The notes beneath the pieces are model-generated. The model worked only from the letters and a program-made list of their open reading frames with translations. It ran no database searches and was not told the DNA's origin. Both the position numbers and the translations under genes were made by a program. Below, one piece after another: positions 26,622 to 36,166 of a stretch of DNA of 46,054 bases (positions within the stretch are counted from its first letter, which is position 1; the number at the start of each line of letters is the position of its first letter). Origin of the DNA: Escherichia phage vB_EcoS_ACG-M12; sequence record NC_019404.1; one strand, 5' to 3'.

Positions 26622-27583
26622 CATTCAAAGTCTACACGCGAGAAGAGTTAAGCAACGAAGAGTACCACTCTGAAACTGATCACATCTCTGGCAGTTCACT
26701 AGTTGAGATTATCCAGGGTTCACCAGCAAAGTGGAAGTTCAAGCAGCTCAACAGTTGTAGCAAGGCTCTTAAGTTTGGCACATTAAGCCACTGCATGATT
26801 CTAGAACAAGATGTGTTCGATAAAGAATACCTTCGAGCAACAGACCTTGAAGCTATTGAGGGGTTAATTACAAGTCAGACCGCATTATCGGCAGCACTGA
26901 AAAAAGTTGGTGTAGCTGGCACGTCAGGGAAGGGCTATAGCGAGCTTGTAGAGATGATGTATCGCTCTGGTGAGGATTGGCCTATTAAATGGTTAATTGA
27001 GCAGCAGGAGAGCGCTCAGGCTCTTGTAGAGGGTAAGGAACTGGTAAGCGCAGCGGACTACGACAAAGTGGTAGCGATGCGCGAGGTTCTCTGCAACATT
27101 CCGGCATATGATAAGATTGTTAACAGCGAAACGGCGCAGAAAGAGTTATCAATCTTTGGTGAGATTCTCGGTGTAGGAGTGAAGATTCGAATTGATCACG
27201 TAGATGTAATTGATGGTGTTGTGATGATCAACGATTACAAGACGACGGCAGATGCAGGCCCTGAAGGATTCGGCAAATCGGCCTTCTCTCACGGATACCT
27301 GGCAAAAATGTCACTTCAGCGCGATCTGTTTGTTAAGGCATTTAACGAAAAGAGAAAGGTCGTAGTTGGCCTTCTGGCGCAGGAGAAGGTGGAACCATAC
27401 CTTCCTATGAGGTACATATTGACTGACGAGCAACTTCGCATTGGAAGGCTACAGTATATTGAAGCGCTAGCTACTTACAAGAAGTGCAAAGAGCTTGATA
27501 TTTGGCCTGGTTATTCAAATGGAATTACAGAGCAAGAACTGATGATTCCTGATTGGGCAATTAAGCAGTATAAAGAGATCTAA
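26618..27583 (+). CDS. PD-(D/E)XK recombination exonuclease (321 aa)
   Basis: IDHVDV...MINDYKTT catalytic D...D/E-x-K arrangement; directly upstream of Erf and SSB. Confidence 0.6.
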   Translation: MTFKVYTREELSNEEYHSETDHISGSSLVEIIQGSPAKWKFKQLNSCSKALKFGTLSHCMILEQDVFDKEYLRATDLEAIEGLITSQTALSAALKKVGVAGTSGKGYSELVEMMYRSGEDWPIKWLIEQQESAQALVEGKELVSAADYDKVVAMREVLCNIPAYDKIVNSETAQKELSIFGEILGVGVKIRIDHVDVIDGVVMINDYKTTADAGPEGFGKSAFSHGYLAKMSLQRDLFVKAFNEKRKVVVGLLAQEKVEPYLPMRYILTDEQLRIGRLQYIEALATYKKCKELDIWPGYSNGITEQELMIPDWAIKQYKEI

Positions 27584-27655
27584 ATAGCACGAATTGCTAA
27601 AAAAAATGGGATATCTGAGGTATAGTTATCCCATCAACAGCGAACGAGGTTAAAG
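27583..27655 (+). promoter_or_regulatory. conserved intergenic cassette (AATAGCACGAATTGCTAAA ... GGTATAGTTATCC ... CATCAACAGCGAACGAGG)
   Basis: Box at 27583-27601; TATAGTTA at 27621-27628. Confidence 0.55.
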
Positions 27656-28306
27656 ATGCAAATTTCAGAATCATGCAAATCAATTTTAAACGCGCTACAC
27701 ACTGCAAAAGCAATGTTTGCAAAGGCTGAGCGCTCTAAGCAGAACTCGCACCTTAAAAACAAGTACGCAACATTAGATGATGTTTTAGCAGCCGTGGAGC
27801 CTGGTTTAGATGAGTGTGGGCTTGTAATGTTTCAGAGCGTAATTGATAGTGAAGCAACGGGGCTGCTAAAGGTAGAGACAAAGCTATTCCACGCAGAGTC
27901 AGGGGAGTGGGTTAGCTTCTTAATGATTGTTCCAATCAGCAAGAATGATGCTCAAGGTTACGGTTCTGCGCTCACATATGCTCGACGCTACGGCATTACA
28001 GCAGCTTTAGGTCTTAGTCAGGCAGATGACGATGGTAATCTAGCAGCGAAAGGTGTTAAAGACTTTAAGCGTGAGCTTGAAAAGTGCAACACTCTTGATG
28101 AGCTTCGTAACGTCTGGAAAGAAGCCAAGCAATCACTAGATGCTGCTGGATGGAAGGTTTTCGAACCTCACATTATCGAGCGAAAGGCAGAGATTGAGGC
28201 TAACGCGGCAACTGGCTTCAACCCAGCTACGCCAAAGAAAGTTGCAGAAAAAAGTAGTACTCAAGAAAAAGTTGAAGTAGAATCTCAACAAATCGACACA
28301 TTCTAA
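27656..28306 (+). CDS. erf: Erf-family single-strand annealing protein (216 aa)
   Basis: NSHLKNKYATLDDVLAAVEP and GSALTYARRYG segments match P22 Erf signature regions as recalled from memory. Confidence 0.65.
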   Translation: MQISESCKSILNALHTAKAMFAKAERSKQNSHLKNKYATLDDVLAAVEPGLDECGLVMFQSVIDSEATGLLKVETKLFHAESGEWVSFLMIVPISKNDAQGYGSALTYARRYGITAALGLSQADDDGNLAAKGVKDFKRELEKCNTLDELRNVWKEAKQSLDAAGWKVFEPHIIERKAEIEANAATGFNPATPKKVAEKSSTQEKVEVESQQIDTF

Positions 28307-28353
28307 ATTAAACGGGGCTTCGGCCCCAACATAAAACGAGAAGAGAGAATAAC

Positions 28354-28815
28354 ATGCACGTAATTACAGGTCAGATTCGCAAAGCTCCTTACACTAAAGA
28401 TGGTCAGAATGCCAAAGGTAACTGGAAAATGTACGCCATCGAGATGAGCGAATCATACAAGACTAAAGATGGCGAGCGTAAGTACAGTAATTACCGGATT
28501 ACGATGTTTGCCAGTGAGGCGCAGATTAGTTGGTATGATGAAGCATTTCAGGAAGGAAAAGTTATTTCTGTTAGTGGTGATTCATTGGCGGTTAATGAGC
28601 GTGAGCATAATGGAAAGGTTTATATTACGCTTGAGTTGCAGAATCCTCGATTGATGTTTAGCCAGCGCGGCAGTGAATTAGCTACACAGCAACAGCGCCA
28701 GCAGCATCAGCAACAGCAGCGGCAGCAACCACAGCATCAAAGCCAGTTTGAAGACGATATTCCGTTTGCTCCTATTGGTCTTCAGTACGGTATGTCAAAT
28801 ATTTATGTACTATAA
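28354..28815 (+). CDS. ssb: single-stranded DNA-binding protein (153 aa)
   Basis: Gln-rich linker QQQRQQHQQQQRQQ followed by the acidic tip FEDDIPF; unusual 15-aa extension after DDIPF. Confidence 0.7.
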   Translation: MHVITGQIRKAPYTKDGQNAKGNWKMYAIEMSESYKTKDGERKYSNYRITMFASEAQISWYDEAFQEGKVISVSGDSLAVNEREHNGKVYITLELQNPRLMFSQRGSELATQQQRQQHQQQQRQQPQHQSQFEDDIPFAPIGLQYGMSNIYVL

Positions 28816-29215
28816 AGTCTGTTTCAAATGTGGTGGGCTTAAGCCCATCACGGAGTTCTATAAACATAAAGCCATGGCTGACGGACGTGTAAATAAGTGT
28901 AATGAATGCAATAATGTTGATGTTAAATCAAATAGAAAATCAAAAATAGAATATTACAGAGAGTACGATAGAGAAAGGGGCAATAGACAGAAGGATGGTT
29001 ACGTTAAGGAGTATAGATCAAGAAACCCCATAAAATATAATTGCCACACGATTTTAAATAACGCTATAAGGGATGGTAAGATCAATAAAAAACCTTGCGA
29101 GGTTTGCGGGAATGATAAGGCGGTAGCTCATCATGATGATTACTCAAAACCAATGGATGTAAGATGGCTATGCCAAGCTCACCATATGCAATGGCACGCA
29201 GAAAACGGAGAATGA
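28805..29215 (+). CDS. HNH endonuclease with zinc ribbon (136 aa)
   Basis: CxxC ... CxxC (CFKCGG, CNEC) and AHHDDYS...WLCQAHHMQWH; start at the in-frame ATG overlapping the ssb 3' end (track start is TTG). Confidence 0.6.
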   Translation: MYYKVCFKCGGLKPITEFYKHKAMADGRVNKCNECNNVDVKSNRKSKIEYYREYDRERGNRQKDGYVKEYRSRNPIKYNCHTILNNAIRDGKINKKPCEVCGNDKAVAHHDDYSKPMDVRWLCQAHHMQWHAENGE

Positions 29216-29231
29216 TTAAACGGATAAAAGA

Positions 29232-29257
29232 TAAGGCCCCCTTCGGGGCCTTTTTTA
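29232..29257. terminator. bidirectional terminator between convergent genes
   Basis: AGGCCCCC-ttcg-GGGGCCT plus T6. Confidence 0.7.
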
Positions 29258-32074
29258 CGAAGCTGTATTTACCTGAAGATATGCACCATTAGTTGCACCA
29301 AACCATGCGTAAGCAGATCCGTAAGTTGTTGGGTTGTCATTTAAAATGAAATCACCCGCTCTAATTACGCACTTTGCTCCATATGTATCAGTGGGTCTTG
29401 CACTAAACCCATAGTCAACATATCTAAAACCAACCTTCGTTACGTTATCGTTAAGCGGGAAGATCCTTAAGAAGCTGGAATCTCTAAAGTCATTGTTCCT
29501 GAAAATTCCTCCTGTAAAGTTATCCATATCAAACATTGTTGTTAAACTTGAAGCAACAGTATTCATGAACTTGTTGCCTTCATATGTCGGAGCTACTACT
29601 TCATAGCCAACTCTTAGCTGAACAAATCCCCCATCAATAATATTGTCCTTGACTATTGGATATTGCCCGCCGATTGCTAAGCCACCAAACCCAGGTGTAA
29701 ATTTGCAACTATTATTACTAAATATAGTGCCAACCCACGCCTGATTTGTAAGGTATGGTGCCTTAGTGTCTGTCATGGTGTTCCCGGTGATAATCAATCC
29801 ATTCTTGGCCTGGATTCCCTCCTGGTAGCCCTGAATCGCTACGCCGCCACCAATCATAATGTTGCTGGATATAATAATGTTGCTCAACCCCTCATTAACA
29901 CCCCAATCACTTTCTGCATCATTTGTTATCAGTAAGTAGTGAGAAGAAGCCCTGCCAGTAGCGTCCGTAGTTATAATGCTTGTATTGCCTTTGCATATAA
30001 CATTGTTTGCCGCAAAAACCTCAACAAACATACCAGCACCTTCGTAGTAGTTATCCGTAACCGTTACGTTATTGCCAGCCGGGGTTATCCTTGACTGGAT
30101 AGATATTGGATAATAGAACTTGTTGGCGTGAGCGTAAGACCTTCGGCTTCCCTCGGATATTGCATAATCCTCCGCGAAAGTATGCCATGCCCTTCCTGAC
30201 TGTTTTGTTGTGTTTCCTATAAACTCTGAGTAGTCACAGTTTCTTGTGATTAAGCAGTAGTTAGCGTTGTATCTGAAGCTTGAATTTCTAAGAGATACGA
30301 ATGCATTAGGTAAGCCATTAAGAGCATCGGCATTAACAAAGGCCCTCGAGGCATTAACCTCCATACCCTCGATCACAACTGATGCGCATCCTTCAACCAT
30401 AAAACCAAACCAGTCTTCTCTTGGTTTATGCTCTGTATCCGTTGGTTGGATTGAGTAATCTGAAAAGTCAGTATTCCAGTTGAGTCCGCTAGCTTTAAAT
30501 GTGCAATATTTAAGCCCGAAAACAACCCTCTCGGGTGATGTGCTTCCAGAGATATCAATATCAACATCATTATTGGCAAAAATGTCAACAGTAAGTCCAT
30601 TGAGGAAGAATGCCGTTTGCCTTAACACTCTGTACTTATCATTGTACTGAACACCATCGGAGAATGAGACTTTCAGTCTTCCAGCGCTAATTCTTACCTT
30701 CCTGTTTGTATTGTGACCAAGGTTTATACATGCCATAACCGAGGCGTTTGATTCATTAACTCCAGACACATCATGACCAGCCCATTCGGTATGGATATCA
30801 TCAACACCTCCCGTAAACCTAACCCAGCAACCATTTTTACCTGGTGATGTCTCACCCGCTCCGCTAAGGAATCCTGGGAGCGTGGAATATGTACCATCAA
30901 ATGGAACTGTTGGGCTAAAGATGGTAACCCCATTGTGACTACTCTTGCTTACTGATGGATCCCAGTAAAACAAACCACCTCCAGAGTTTGCTCCAGAAAT
31001 ATAAGACCTGACATTTGCCAAGTTTCCATTCGTAGTTGGTTGCCGGATTAGTTCATAAATTGAATTAACTGAAGATAGCCCTAAATTACTCCTGGCAAGG
31101 CTTTTATCTTCAATATCAGAGAAATTCAATGATTTGTTGAAAGTCTCAGATTTTGAATAAACATCAAGTAAGCCCCTTACTCGCTGGGCGCTAGCTCCGC
31201 CAACCTGACTTCCTGATGCGACATAAAGCGCCTCTCTTGAATAGTAAGTTTTGCTTGGTGCCGTGCCAGTCTGAGTTAAATCAATCACCCTGTACGCATT
31301 ATCTGAGCCGGTAGATGCTGAAACTTGTATGTTCTTAACACCAGTAAGCCCCCTTGCTGACTTAACCTCAATCGTACAAAGTGTGCTATCGGAGTAGGTT
31401 GTATTTATCACCTCTGGAGCGTTGATCATTGCTGACTTTTGGCATAGGTATCTAGCCCCGGACTTGAAATCAAACGTATTCCAGTCAAGTTCTGTCAACT
31501 GAGGTGTATTCGAGCCACCAATACCAATATTGGCAAGAGTTACCAAAGTACCAGCGTCACCAGCATTATTAATTGCTGCAATTGTAGCGTCACGGGCAGC
31601 TGTTGTTGTGTTTCTTGCACTAACAGCAGTAGCAGCGCTATCTGCGGCGGCAATCTGGCTAGCTAAAGCATCCGCTGCTCCTTGCACTGACTGGCTTGCC
31701 AATTGCTCAAAGCGAGGCCAATCAAAAGAATCCTGACCAATGAAATCAATCAGGCTCTGAATGCTAGTTTCCCTACTCTGATAATAACGAAGTGTCTCCG
31801 CTACATTTTGAGCCAAACCCTGAACGCTAATCCCATCATGAGCAAGAATGGCATATCCAGTACCAGCAGGAACAGTTTCGCCATTTGGGTTATATACAGA
31901 CAATGAAGTGTCGCTGGTGATTTCAGAGATGGTGTAAATCTGCACAGGCTCTGTTTTGAATACAATTGTAGCACCAACACGGATTAGCGTTAGTGGCATG
32001 GTCCATTGAGTGCCAACACCAGTAACTTGACCGTTAGCTGCTAAACTGGCAGTTCCAGTATCATAAATTGCCAT
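29255..32074 (-). CDS. tail fibre/receptor-binding protein, possibly with a beta-helix domain (939 aa)
   Basis: N-terminus MAIYDTGTASLAANGQVTGVGTQW typical of fibre N-termini; Ala-rich shaft; Asn/Gly/Thr-rich C-terminal two-thirds; start at the ATG after GGAG. Confidence 0.6.
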   Translation of the reverse strand: MAIYDTGTASLAANGQVTGVGTQWTMPLTLIRVGATIVFKTEPVQIYTISEITSDTSLSVYNPNGETVPAGTGYAILAHDGISVQGLAQNVAETLRYYQSRETSIQSLIDFIGQDSFDWPRFEQLASQSVQGAADALASQIAAADSAATAVSARNTTTAARDATIAAINNAGDAGTLVTLANIGIGGSNTPQLTELDWNTFDFKSGARYLCQKSAMINAPEVINTTYSDSTLCTIEVKSARGLTGVKNIQVSASTGSDNAYRVIDLTQTGTAPSKTYYSREALYVASGSQVGGASAQRVRGLLDVYSKSETFNKSLNFSDIEDKSLARSNLGLSSVNSIYELIRQPTTNGNLANVRSYISGANSGGGLFYWDPSVSKSSHNGVTIFSPTVPFDGTYSTLPGFLSGAGETSPGKNGCWVRFTGGVDDIHTEWAGHDVSGVNESNASVMACINLGHNTNRKVRISAGRLKVSFSDGVQYNDKYRVLRQTAFFLNGLTVDIFANNDVDIDISGSTSPERVVFGLKYCTFKASGLNWNTDFSDYSIQPTDTEHKPREDWFGFMVEGCASVVIEGMEVNASRAFVNADALNGLPNAFVSLRNSSFRYNANYCLITRNCDYSEFIGNTTKQSGRAWHTFAEDYAISEGSRRSYAHANKFYYPISIQSRITPAGNNVTVTDNYYEGAGMFVEVFAANNVICKGNTSIITTDATGRASSHYLLITNDAESDWGVNEGLSNIIISSNIMIGGGVAIQGYQEGIQAKNGLIITGNTMTDTKAPYLTNQAWVGTIFSNNSCKFTPGFGGLAIGGQYPIVKDNIIDGGFVQLRVGYEVVAPTYEGNKFMNTVASSLTTMFDMDNFTGGIFRNNDFRDSSFLRIFPLNDNVTKVGFRYVDYGFSARPTDTYGAKCVIRAGDFILNDNPTTYGSAYAWFGATNGAYLQVNTAS

Positions 32075-32096
32075 TATGTAAAGTCTCCATTTGTAA

Positions 32097-32115
32097 AATA
32101 GCACGAATTGCTAAA
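32097..32115. promoter_or_regulatory. isolated dyad box AATAGCACGAATTGCTAAA at the 5' end of the tail fibre gene, without a downstream -10 or leader
   Basis: Only copy not followed by a TATAGTTAC box and leader; lies between a TACAAT-like element and the SD of the minus-strand fibre gene. Confidence 0.4.
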
Positions 32116-32140
32116 GTGGATTGTAGCATCTTTAGGGCAT

Positions 32141-32162
32141 AAAAAAACCTCCCGAAGGAGGT
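32141..32162 (-). terminator. rho-independent terminator for the minus-strand primase transcript
   Basis: Reverse complement reads ACCTCC-ttcg-GGAGGT plus T7. Confidence 0.65.
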
Positions 32163-33088
32163 TAGTTATTCAATAAATCACTTGCCTTATATATCTTCTT
32201 CCTTATTCCGCTCTTGAATGAGTTTTCATCATTTGGTATTACCACATCAAGATTGCGATCATCAGCAACGGCGAGTAAATCAAAATCATGACGAGTACAA
32301 GCGACGCGTAACTTGTAGTCTCTAAGCGCATAAGCAACCATTTCCATGTTGTAACTGGAGTAGCAAACAAGCACACACCGGTTGCCAGTAGCAAGATGAA
32401 CGCGAACACCATCAATCCAATTATCGACCAGATAAGAGTACTCATCATCCTTAAGGGAACCAATAACAGAAACAGATTGGCGAGAATAATCTTTTGCAGC
32501 ATAACTAACATCTCCTTCCTCATTGATAAACATTACATTGCACATTTCTTCTGATATACCGTCACTATAAGCCATGAAGCACGGTATTGCGTGTATTAAT
32601 TCACCGGATTTTGTCCTACCAACATCAAATCCAAACTCGCTATAAATACCCTCGTATGTACTTAGCGGGGTTGATTCTACTCTTTCCGTCCTTTCCAGTA
32701 TCTCTAAGCATCTTTCGTGGTCAATCTGCGCGCCCATCTTGTATGGTGATGTCCTCGATGCTCTTTTGTTTGCTTTAGCTACTATCTCAACTGGAACCAG
32801 ATTTAACCAGTCACCTAATACATTTATACACTCACTAAAAGACTCTCCTCTTAGTTTCTGCACCCACAAAATTCCATCGCCTGACCCACACTGGTTGCAA
32901 ATGATTCCACCATCCCCAGGTTCACTAACTTTATCAGTCCACCTGCTACGGTCATTACCGCCACAATACAAGCATGGTTGATGCTTCTTAGTTTTAAAGA
33001 AGTTTGGGTCTGCCCCGCAAATCTGAACCATTGCGTCAGCCCATAAACCTTTCATCTTTTGTAGTACTTCTTTCTTATCGTGATTCAT
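32162..33088 (-). CDS. DNA primase-like protein with N-terminal zinc-binding motif (308 aa)
   Basis: CLYCGG-x17-CNQCG zinc ribbon near the N-terminus; start at the ATG 5 nt after GGAGG. Confidence 0.45.
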   Translation of the reverse strand: MNHDKKEVLQKMKGLWADAMVQICGADPNFFKTKKHQPCLYCGGNDRSRWTDKVSEPGDGGIICNQCGSGDGILWVQKLRGESFSECINVLGDWLNLVPVEIVAKANKRASRTSPYKMGAQIDHERCLEILERTERVESTPLSTYEGIYSEFGFDVGRTKSGELIHAIPCFMAYSDGISEEMCNVMFINEEGDVSYAAKDYSRQSVSVIGSLKDDEYSYLVDNWIDGVRVHLATGNRCVLVCYSSYNMEMVAYALRDYKLRVACTRHDFDLLAVADDRNLDVVIPNDENSFKSGIRKKIYKASDLLNN

Positions 33089-33143
33089 ATGCACCTCCAT
33101 AAACAATAAAGGCACCATACATAATGTAGAGTGCCAATGTTTA

Positions 33144-33650
33144 TCAAATCGTGCTTTTTTTCTCTGCTTCTCTCTTTTTCTTATTCTCTTCTTTAATCTT
33201 ACGCCATGATCTGGCAGGCGGCTTTGTTGCTAACTCCTCTTTCTTAACAACTCTAAGCATTTCTCGACGGTCACAACGCAATGTTAAAGGCTTACCATTA
33301 CTATCAAATCGAAGGTCTGGACGAATGAAGCTAGCTCGATAACCCTCGCCTGTACGCTTGTACTTACCGTGTAATTTCTGCGCACCTTTAGCTGAAATCA
33401 TTCCGCGTTTACACCATTCAGAAACTACTGCATGTGTCACATTAGCGGCTTTTGCTAGCTTCGATTTACCACCATAAAAATCAAGTACAATCTCAAGTCG
33501 GGCGCGTAAACTAGCTCTCACCTCATCCTTCAAAGTGTAGTAGCCATAAGGTCGACTACGTTCTTTCTTGTCTTCACCGCGATGAGTTCCGTTATTACCA
33601 TTTAATGTGCGCTTGTCTACTTCACCAGTTGATGCCGCAATTCTCGTCAT
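33144..33650 (-). CDS. HTH DNA-binding protein with basic C-terminal tail (168 aa)
   Basis: LAKAANVTHAVVSEWCKRGMISAKGAQKL helix-turn-helix-like segment; Lys/Glu-rich tail; divergent from the helicase gene. Confidence 0.45.
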   Translation of the reverse strand: MTRIAASTGEVDKRTLNGNNGTHRGEDKKERSRPYGYYTLKDEVRASLRARLEIVLDFYGGKSKLAKAANVTHAVVSEWCKRGMISAKGAQKLHGKYKRTGEGYRASFIRPDLRFDSNGKPLTLRCDRREMLRVVKKEELATKPPARSWRKIKEENKKKREAEKKSTI

Positions 33651-33661
33651 TATCAATCTCC

Positions 33662-33750
33662 AATAGCACTTTTTGTTAAAAGTCGTTTTGATTTAGTGTT
33701 AGTATTGTACTCAACAAAACGCCACAACACAAATTAATAGGGCTTAACAA
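33662..33750 (+). promoter_or_regulatory. conserved intergenic cassette (AATAGCACTTTTTGTTAAA variant) in a divergent promoter region
   Basis: Box at 33662-33680; TAGTAT-like -10; precedes the helicase ATG at 33751. Confidence 0.45.
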
Positions 33751-35745
33751 ATGCTTCCCGTAGAAAAACTCGTTGCTAACTTTGATAAGAGTCGCCTTGC
33801 AGAGATTAAGCGTGATTACTCATTTGGTGAGATAACTCCTTACGACTTTCAATGCGTGACATTTGATGCAATTGGTAAAGCAATTGGCAAGTACGAAGCT
33901 CCATTTATCGCAGACCTTTCTGTATCTGCAGGTAAGACAATCATCTTGGCGATGATTGGTAAGAGAATGGAGCAACTCGGCCTTCCTTATATGGTTCTTT
34001 CTCGCCAGTCAGAGATAGTTAGCCAGGATAGCGAGGAGCTTCGTAACTTCGGTATCCGTAATAGCGTATATTGCGCTGGCCTTAACGTTAAATCAGTTTA
34101 CTACCCAACCATAGTGGCAAGCGAAGGAACGGCAGCTAATGGGTTGTTTAAGGGACTTGGTGACTATGTTCCGGCAGTTATCGCTATAGACGAGTGCCAC
34201 ATGGTGGATCACATGGATATAGTCGAAGCAGAAGAGAACGAAGAAACGTTTGAGCAAATGAGCACCGCAAAAGGTGAGATGGTTTTCAAGGATGGTGAGT
34301 ATACTGGCTTAACTGGTACAGGTCGTTCGCAATACACTTTAATCATTACAGAGATGAAACGGCGTTGCCGTGAGAAATACAAGCGCGAACTACGCATCTT
34401 CGGTCTTACTGGTAGCCCGTATCGCGATAACAATCATATCGTGGTAAGCAACCAAAATATTCGAGGATTTTGGCGTAAGACGGTTATGCAGGTTCCAACT
34501 AATTACCTGGTGGATTTAGGGTTTGTTGTCCCAACCGTTTACGGTGAGGTTGGTGATTTGGGTTATGACCTTGCTGAGTTTACGCCAGATGGTTCTGATG
34601 GGGTTAAAGACTTCACGAAGAAAGACCTGAATGCAATGGAGGAGAAGATTCACCAAAGCCAATCTATGACACAAAAGATTATGCAGTTCGCAGCTAAGTT
34701 TATGGAGACGAGGAACGCAGCACTTGTTACCTGTTCCGGTAAGCGTCATTGCGAAGAAGCAGCCGCCGCTCTTCCTGAAGGTGTAACATGGGCTATAGTA
34801 ACCAACTCAACAGGCGAGAAGAAACGCCGTGAGATTCTAGCTGACGCATCTGAGGGTAAGTATAAATTCATCTTTCAGATTGGTTGCTTAACGACCGGTG
34901 TCAATGTCCCACCGTGGGACACATCAATAATTCTCCGTAAGGTTGGCAGCATTACATTGCTTATTCAGCTTTTGGGTCGTGGCATGCGCATCCTGAAGAG
35001 GAAACATAAAGAGATGGGAATGGTTAAAGATGACCATGTGGTATTGGACTTCGCAGGCACGCTTGATGATATGGCTGAGTTGTACTTTGACCCAATCATA
35101 GAGGAGGTTCAAGACCAGAAATTCAAGTCTTCTCGTAAAGGTGGTGATGATCCAAGAGTGTGCCCAGCATGTAGCTATGAGAACTCGCCATTTGCTCGTC
35201 GTTGTAATAATTTTATCGACGGTAAAAGGTGTGAGCACTTCTTTCAGTTTCGTACTTGTGATGACATTGAAGACCCACAGACAAAGGTTATATTAAAGAA
35301 GGGGTGTGGCGAGAAGAACGACATTGCTGCCAAAAACTGTAGATGTTGTGGTGAGATGTTAATTGACCCTAATGCAAAACTTTCCGGCAAGATGTACCGT
35401 CAGGGGGATTGGTTGCGAGTTTACGGATTTGGCATTGGTTTAACAAAGAATCAAACTGGCATAGTTGCCCGTTACGAAATCATGGCGCATAGTGGTCAGA
35501 AGTTCATTGCATATGAAACATTCTTTCCAGAAAGTGACCATCGAGTTTGCTCTGTTAAGTGGAAAGCATTTTGCCAGACTCACATACAGAACAAAACAGA
35601 GGCTTTTAGGATTGGTCGCTTGCGTAATGCGAAAATGATAATGACAAATGCCAGCCAGTTCCGTGAGCCAATGCGAGTGACTCATAGAAGAAATCAGAAA
35701 GGCCGGGATATTATAGCTAATAAATCTTTTACTATGGAGGATTGA
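33751..35745 (+). CDS. SF2 DNA helicase with C-terminal Cys-rich zinc-ribbon region (664 aa)
   Basis: Walker A SVSAGKT, DExH box IAIDECHMV, motif VI-like QLLGRGMR; multiple CxxC pairs at the C-terminus. Confidence 0.7.
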   Translation: MLPVEKLVANFDKSRLAEIKRDYSFGEITPYDFQCVTFDAIGKAIGKYEAPFIADLSVSAGKTIILAMIGKRMEQLGLPYMVLSRQSEIVSQDSEELRNFGIRNSVYCAGLNVKSVYYPTIVASEGTAANGLFKGLGDYVPAVIAIDECHMVDHMDIVEAEENEETFEQMSTAKGEMVFKDGEYTGLTGTGRSQYTLIITEMKRRCREKYKRELRIFGLTGSPYRDNNHIVVSNQNIRGFWRKTVMQVPTNYLVDLGFVVPTVYGEVGDLGYDLAEFTPDGSDGVKDFTKKDLNAMEEKIHQSQSMTQKIMQFAAKFMETRNAALVTCSGKRHCEEAAAALPEGVTWAIVTNSTGEKKRREILADASEGKYKFIFQIGCLTTGVNVPPWDTSIILRKVGSITLLIQLLGRGMRILKRKHKEMGMVKDDHVVLDFAGTLDDMAELYFDPIIEEVQDQKFKSSRKGGDDPRVCPACSYENSPFARRCNNFIDGKRCEHFFQFRTCDDIEDPQTKVILKKGCGEKNDIAAKNCRCCGEMLIDPNAKLSGKMYRQGDWLRVYGFGIGLTKNQTGIVARYEIMAHSGQKFIAYETFFPESDHRVCSVKWKAFCQTHIQNKTEAFRIGRLRNAKMIMTNASQFREPMRVTHRRNQKGRDIIANKSFTMED

Positions 35746-35746
35746 A

Positions 35747-36166
35747 ATGAAGATTACAGATAAAGAAGATTACATTGAGTTTTACCCGGGTGCTGTAAAA
35801 TCATGTCCAAAGGAGGATGACGAACAAATCTTTTGCTCTGATTGGGTTAAGTACCATTATCCGCAGATTGTTTACTGGCACACGATTAATGAAAATAAGA
35901 AGACCATAGGGCAAGCAAGAAAAGACCAGGCGAAAGGACTCCTTAAGGGCGTATCAGACTGCTTATTCCTGATACCTGAATCAATGCGAGGCAAATACCC
36001 TTTTGGAGCCATAGAGCTAAAGAGGGCAGGAAAAACTCAAGCAAGCCCTGTCAGCGATGAACAAAAGGTTTTCTTAAAAAGCGTAAGGGAATCAGGCGGT
36101 TTCTCTGCTGTAGCCTACGGTCGCGAAGGTTTTCTTGCAGCATTCAAAGAAATGATTTCAAAATAG
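35747..36166 (+). CDS. VRR-NUC domain nuclease (139 aa)
   Basis: D...E-x-K arrangement (SDCLF...GAIELKRAGKTQ...Q) characteristic of VRR-NUC as recalled; coupled to the helicase. Confidence 0.5.
   Translation: MKITDKEDYIEFYPGAVKSCPKEDDEQIFCSDWVKYHYPQIVYWHTINENKKTIGQARKDQAKGLLKGVSDCLFLIPESMRGKYPFGAIELKRAGKTQASPVSDEQKVFLKSVRESGGFSAVAYGREGFLAAFKEMISK

Noticed and set aside
28469-28654. ORF 28469..28654 inside ssb
   Set aside because: Alternative frame of a well-supported gene
30267-31906. Plus-strand ORFs inside the minus-strand tail fibre gene (30267..30458, 31530..31736, 31703..31906)
   Set aside because: Antisense to a long supported gene; the Ala-rich translation is the mirror of the fibre Ala-rich shaft
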